A DNA stretch of 64,000 bases, taken from the NCBI GenBank assembly GCA_902635455.1, contig CACPNW010000006.1, positions 961 through 64,960 of the forward strand, read 5' to 3'. The position numbers and the translations under genes are program-made. The notes under the pieces were generated by a model, which did not search any database, was not told where the DNA came from, and worked only from the letters and a program-made list of their open reading frames with translations. This DNA is from an uncultured Alphaproteobacteria bacterium. GTDB lineage: Bacteria; Pseudomonadota; Alphaproteobacteria; HIMB59; GCA-002718135. Positions 62,574-64,000 of the stretch are shown one piece after another; position 1 is the first letter of the stretch, and every line of letters starts with the position of its first letter.

Positions 62574-63464
62574 ATGAATAATGAAGTTATTATAAGTTGT
62601 GCAGTTACTGGATCTGGAGATACTGCTAAAAAACACCCTAATTTACCAATAACCCCAAAACAAATTGCTGATGCAGCAATTGAAGCTGCAAAATCTGGCG
62701 CTGCTGTTGCTCATATTCACGTTAGAGAGCCAGACGGTAAACCAAGTAGAAATCTTGAATACTATAAAGAAGCTGCTGATCGAATTAGGTCATCAGGTAC
62801 TGATGTTATAATAAACTTTACTACAGGTATGGGTGGAGATTTTGAAGTTGGCGAAGGTAAAGATCCATTAAACCCTATTGGACCTAATACAGATATGATT
62901 CATGCTCTAGATAGACTTGAACATGTAGAACAGTTACTCCCTGAAATTTGCACTTTAGACTGTGGGTCATTAAATTTTGGCGATAGTAACATGACCTTTA
63001 TTCATACACCTGTTCAATTAAGAGCTGCTGCAAAAAAAATGCAGGAATTAGGTGTAAAACCAGAAATGGAAGCATTTGAAATGGGCCACTTATGGTTTGC
63101 AAACCAACTATATAACGAAGGTTTGGTTGATGACCCTCCTTTGTACCAAATATGTTTGGGAATACCTTGGGGTTCACCAGCAACAACAAGTGCTATGAAA
63201 GTAATGGCGGATATGATTCCTACCGAAGGCGTTTGGGCTGGATTTGGTATAGGTAGACACCAAATGCCAATGGTAGCTCAAGCAGTTATATTAGGTGGAA
63301 ATGTAAGGGTTGGATTAGAAGATAATTTATATTTGGAAAAAGGAGTATTTGCATCAAATGGGCAGTTGGTAGAAAAAGCGGCTCGAATAGTAAGTGATCT
63401 AGGTGCTAAAATTTTAAGTCCTGAAGATACGAGAAAAAAACTAAAATTAAAAAAACATCATTAA
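62574..63464 (+). CDS. cdhC: BKACE family 3-dehydrocarnitine cleavage enzyme
   Basis: [42 protein letters not shown]. Confidence 0.82.
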   Translation: MNNEVIISCAVTGSGDTAKKHPNLPITPKQIADAAIEAAKSGAAVAHIHVREPDGKPSRNLEYYKEAADRIRSSGTDVIINFTTGMGGDFEVGEGKDPLNPIGPNTDMIHALDRLEHVEQLLPEICTLDCGSLNFGDSNMTFIHTPVQLRAAAKKMQELGVKPEMEAFEMGHLWFANQLYNEGLVDDPPLYQICLGIPWGSPATTSAMKVMADMIPTEGVWAGFGIGRHQMPMVAQAVILGGNVRVGLEDNLYLEKGVFASNGQLVEKAARIVSDLGAKILSPEDTRKKLKLKKHH

Positions 63465-63473
63465 CTATAAATA

Positions 63474-64000
63474 GTGAAAGCTGAATTTAAAAATATAGCT
63501 ATAATTGGATCAGGCGTCATTGGCGCAGGTTGGGTAATAAGACTTTTATACAATAAAAAAAAAATTTTTGTTTATGATCCAAGCATAAATCAAAAAAAAT
63601 ATTTAATATCAGAAATAAAAAGGACAAATTTATTTTTAAAGAAAATTTATAAAAAAACCTACAATTTAAATAAACAATTATTTTTTTGTAAAACAATTAA
63701 AGAAGCCGTAATAAATGCTGATTTAATTCAAGAAAATACACCTGAAAATTTAAATATTAAAATTAAAATTATAAAAGAAATTAGCACATTTGCTAAACCC
63801 AATAGTATAATTGCATCTAGTTCATCTGGATTATTACCTTCAAAAATACAAAGCAAATGTTTGTATCCAGAAAGACTAATTATTGCGCACCCTTTTAATC
63901 CCGTATATTTACTTCCGCTTGTTGAGCTGGTAGGTGGAAATAAAACTAAAAAAAAATATATAGATCAGGCTAGGCATTTTTATAAAAATATTGGAATGCA
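63474..64000 (+). CDS. cdhA: L-carnitine 3-dehydrogenase (partial, runs off window end)
   Basis: Not in track; GTG start, IIGSGVIGAGW, IQENTPE, IASSSSGLLPS, HPFNPVYLLPLVELVGG. Confidence 0.82.
   Translation, partial: MKAEFKNIAIIGSGVIGAGWVIRLLYNKKKIFVYDPSINQKKYLISEIKRTNLFLKKIYKKTYNLNKQLFFCKTIKEAVINADLIQENTPENLNIKIKIIKEISTFAKPNSIIASSSSGLLPSKIQSKCLYPERLIIAHPFNPVYLLPLVELVGGNKTKKKYIDQARHFYKNIGM

Noticed and set aside
4318-63189. Numerous short nested/antisense ORFs in the track (e.g. 6227-6637, 54453-54905, 57177-57605)
   Set aside because: They lie within well-supported genes, mostly antisense in the codon-mirror frame, and show no recognisable motifs.
1-64000. CRISPR arrays, IS elements, prophage, rRNA
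   Set aside because: No spaced repeats, transposase/integrase/phage ORFs or rRNA-like segments observed.

Overview
Very AT-rich, densely packed, streamlined alphaproteobacterial chromosome segment, most consistent with a marine SAR11/HIMB59(AEGEAN-169)-like lineage (inferred from composition and gene content, not from a search). Bases 1-33.6 kb are mainly housekeeping genes: guaA, rlmE, an RND efflux pair whose permease carries a +1 frameshift in an A8 run, pssA/psd, icd, alaS, recA with two alphaproteobacterial LexA boxes, dksA, moaA, nadK, tRNA-Leu(UAA), map, purB, bolA/grxD, rpsD, cimA, gltX, nadE, class II DAHP synthase, glmU and sua5. A signal-peptide-bearing agmatine/peptidylarginine deiminase sits beside the tRNA. 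Bases 33.6-64 kb are one >30 kb amine-catabolism cluster that runs off the window end. It combines polyamine genes (two PuuA-like ligases, two PuuB-like oxidases, aguA/aguB, PotABCD-like transporter, class III aminotransferase, GNAT), a Rieske N-demethylase-like subunit, a CoA-dependent gamma-butyrobetaine/carnitine route (ACAD, ADP-forming CoA ligase, CaiD, CdhA/B/C), an HD-domain diiron-oxygenase-like protein, and an uncharacterised trio of two phytoene-desaturase-like flavoproteins plus a GcvT-type folate-binding protein. A 16-bp palindrome, TTGAATR-N2-CATTCAR, recurs at three promoter regions in the cluster, one beside a BetI-like TetR gene, suggesting one regulon for an unknown N-methylated amine/polyamine substrate. 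An unlisted 47-aa lipoprotein-like ORF abuts aguA. No CRISPR, rRNA or mobile element was seen.
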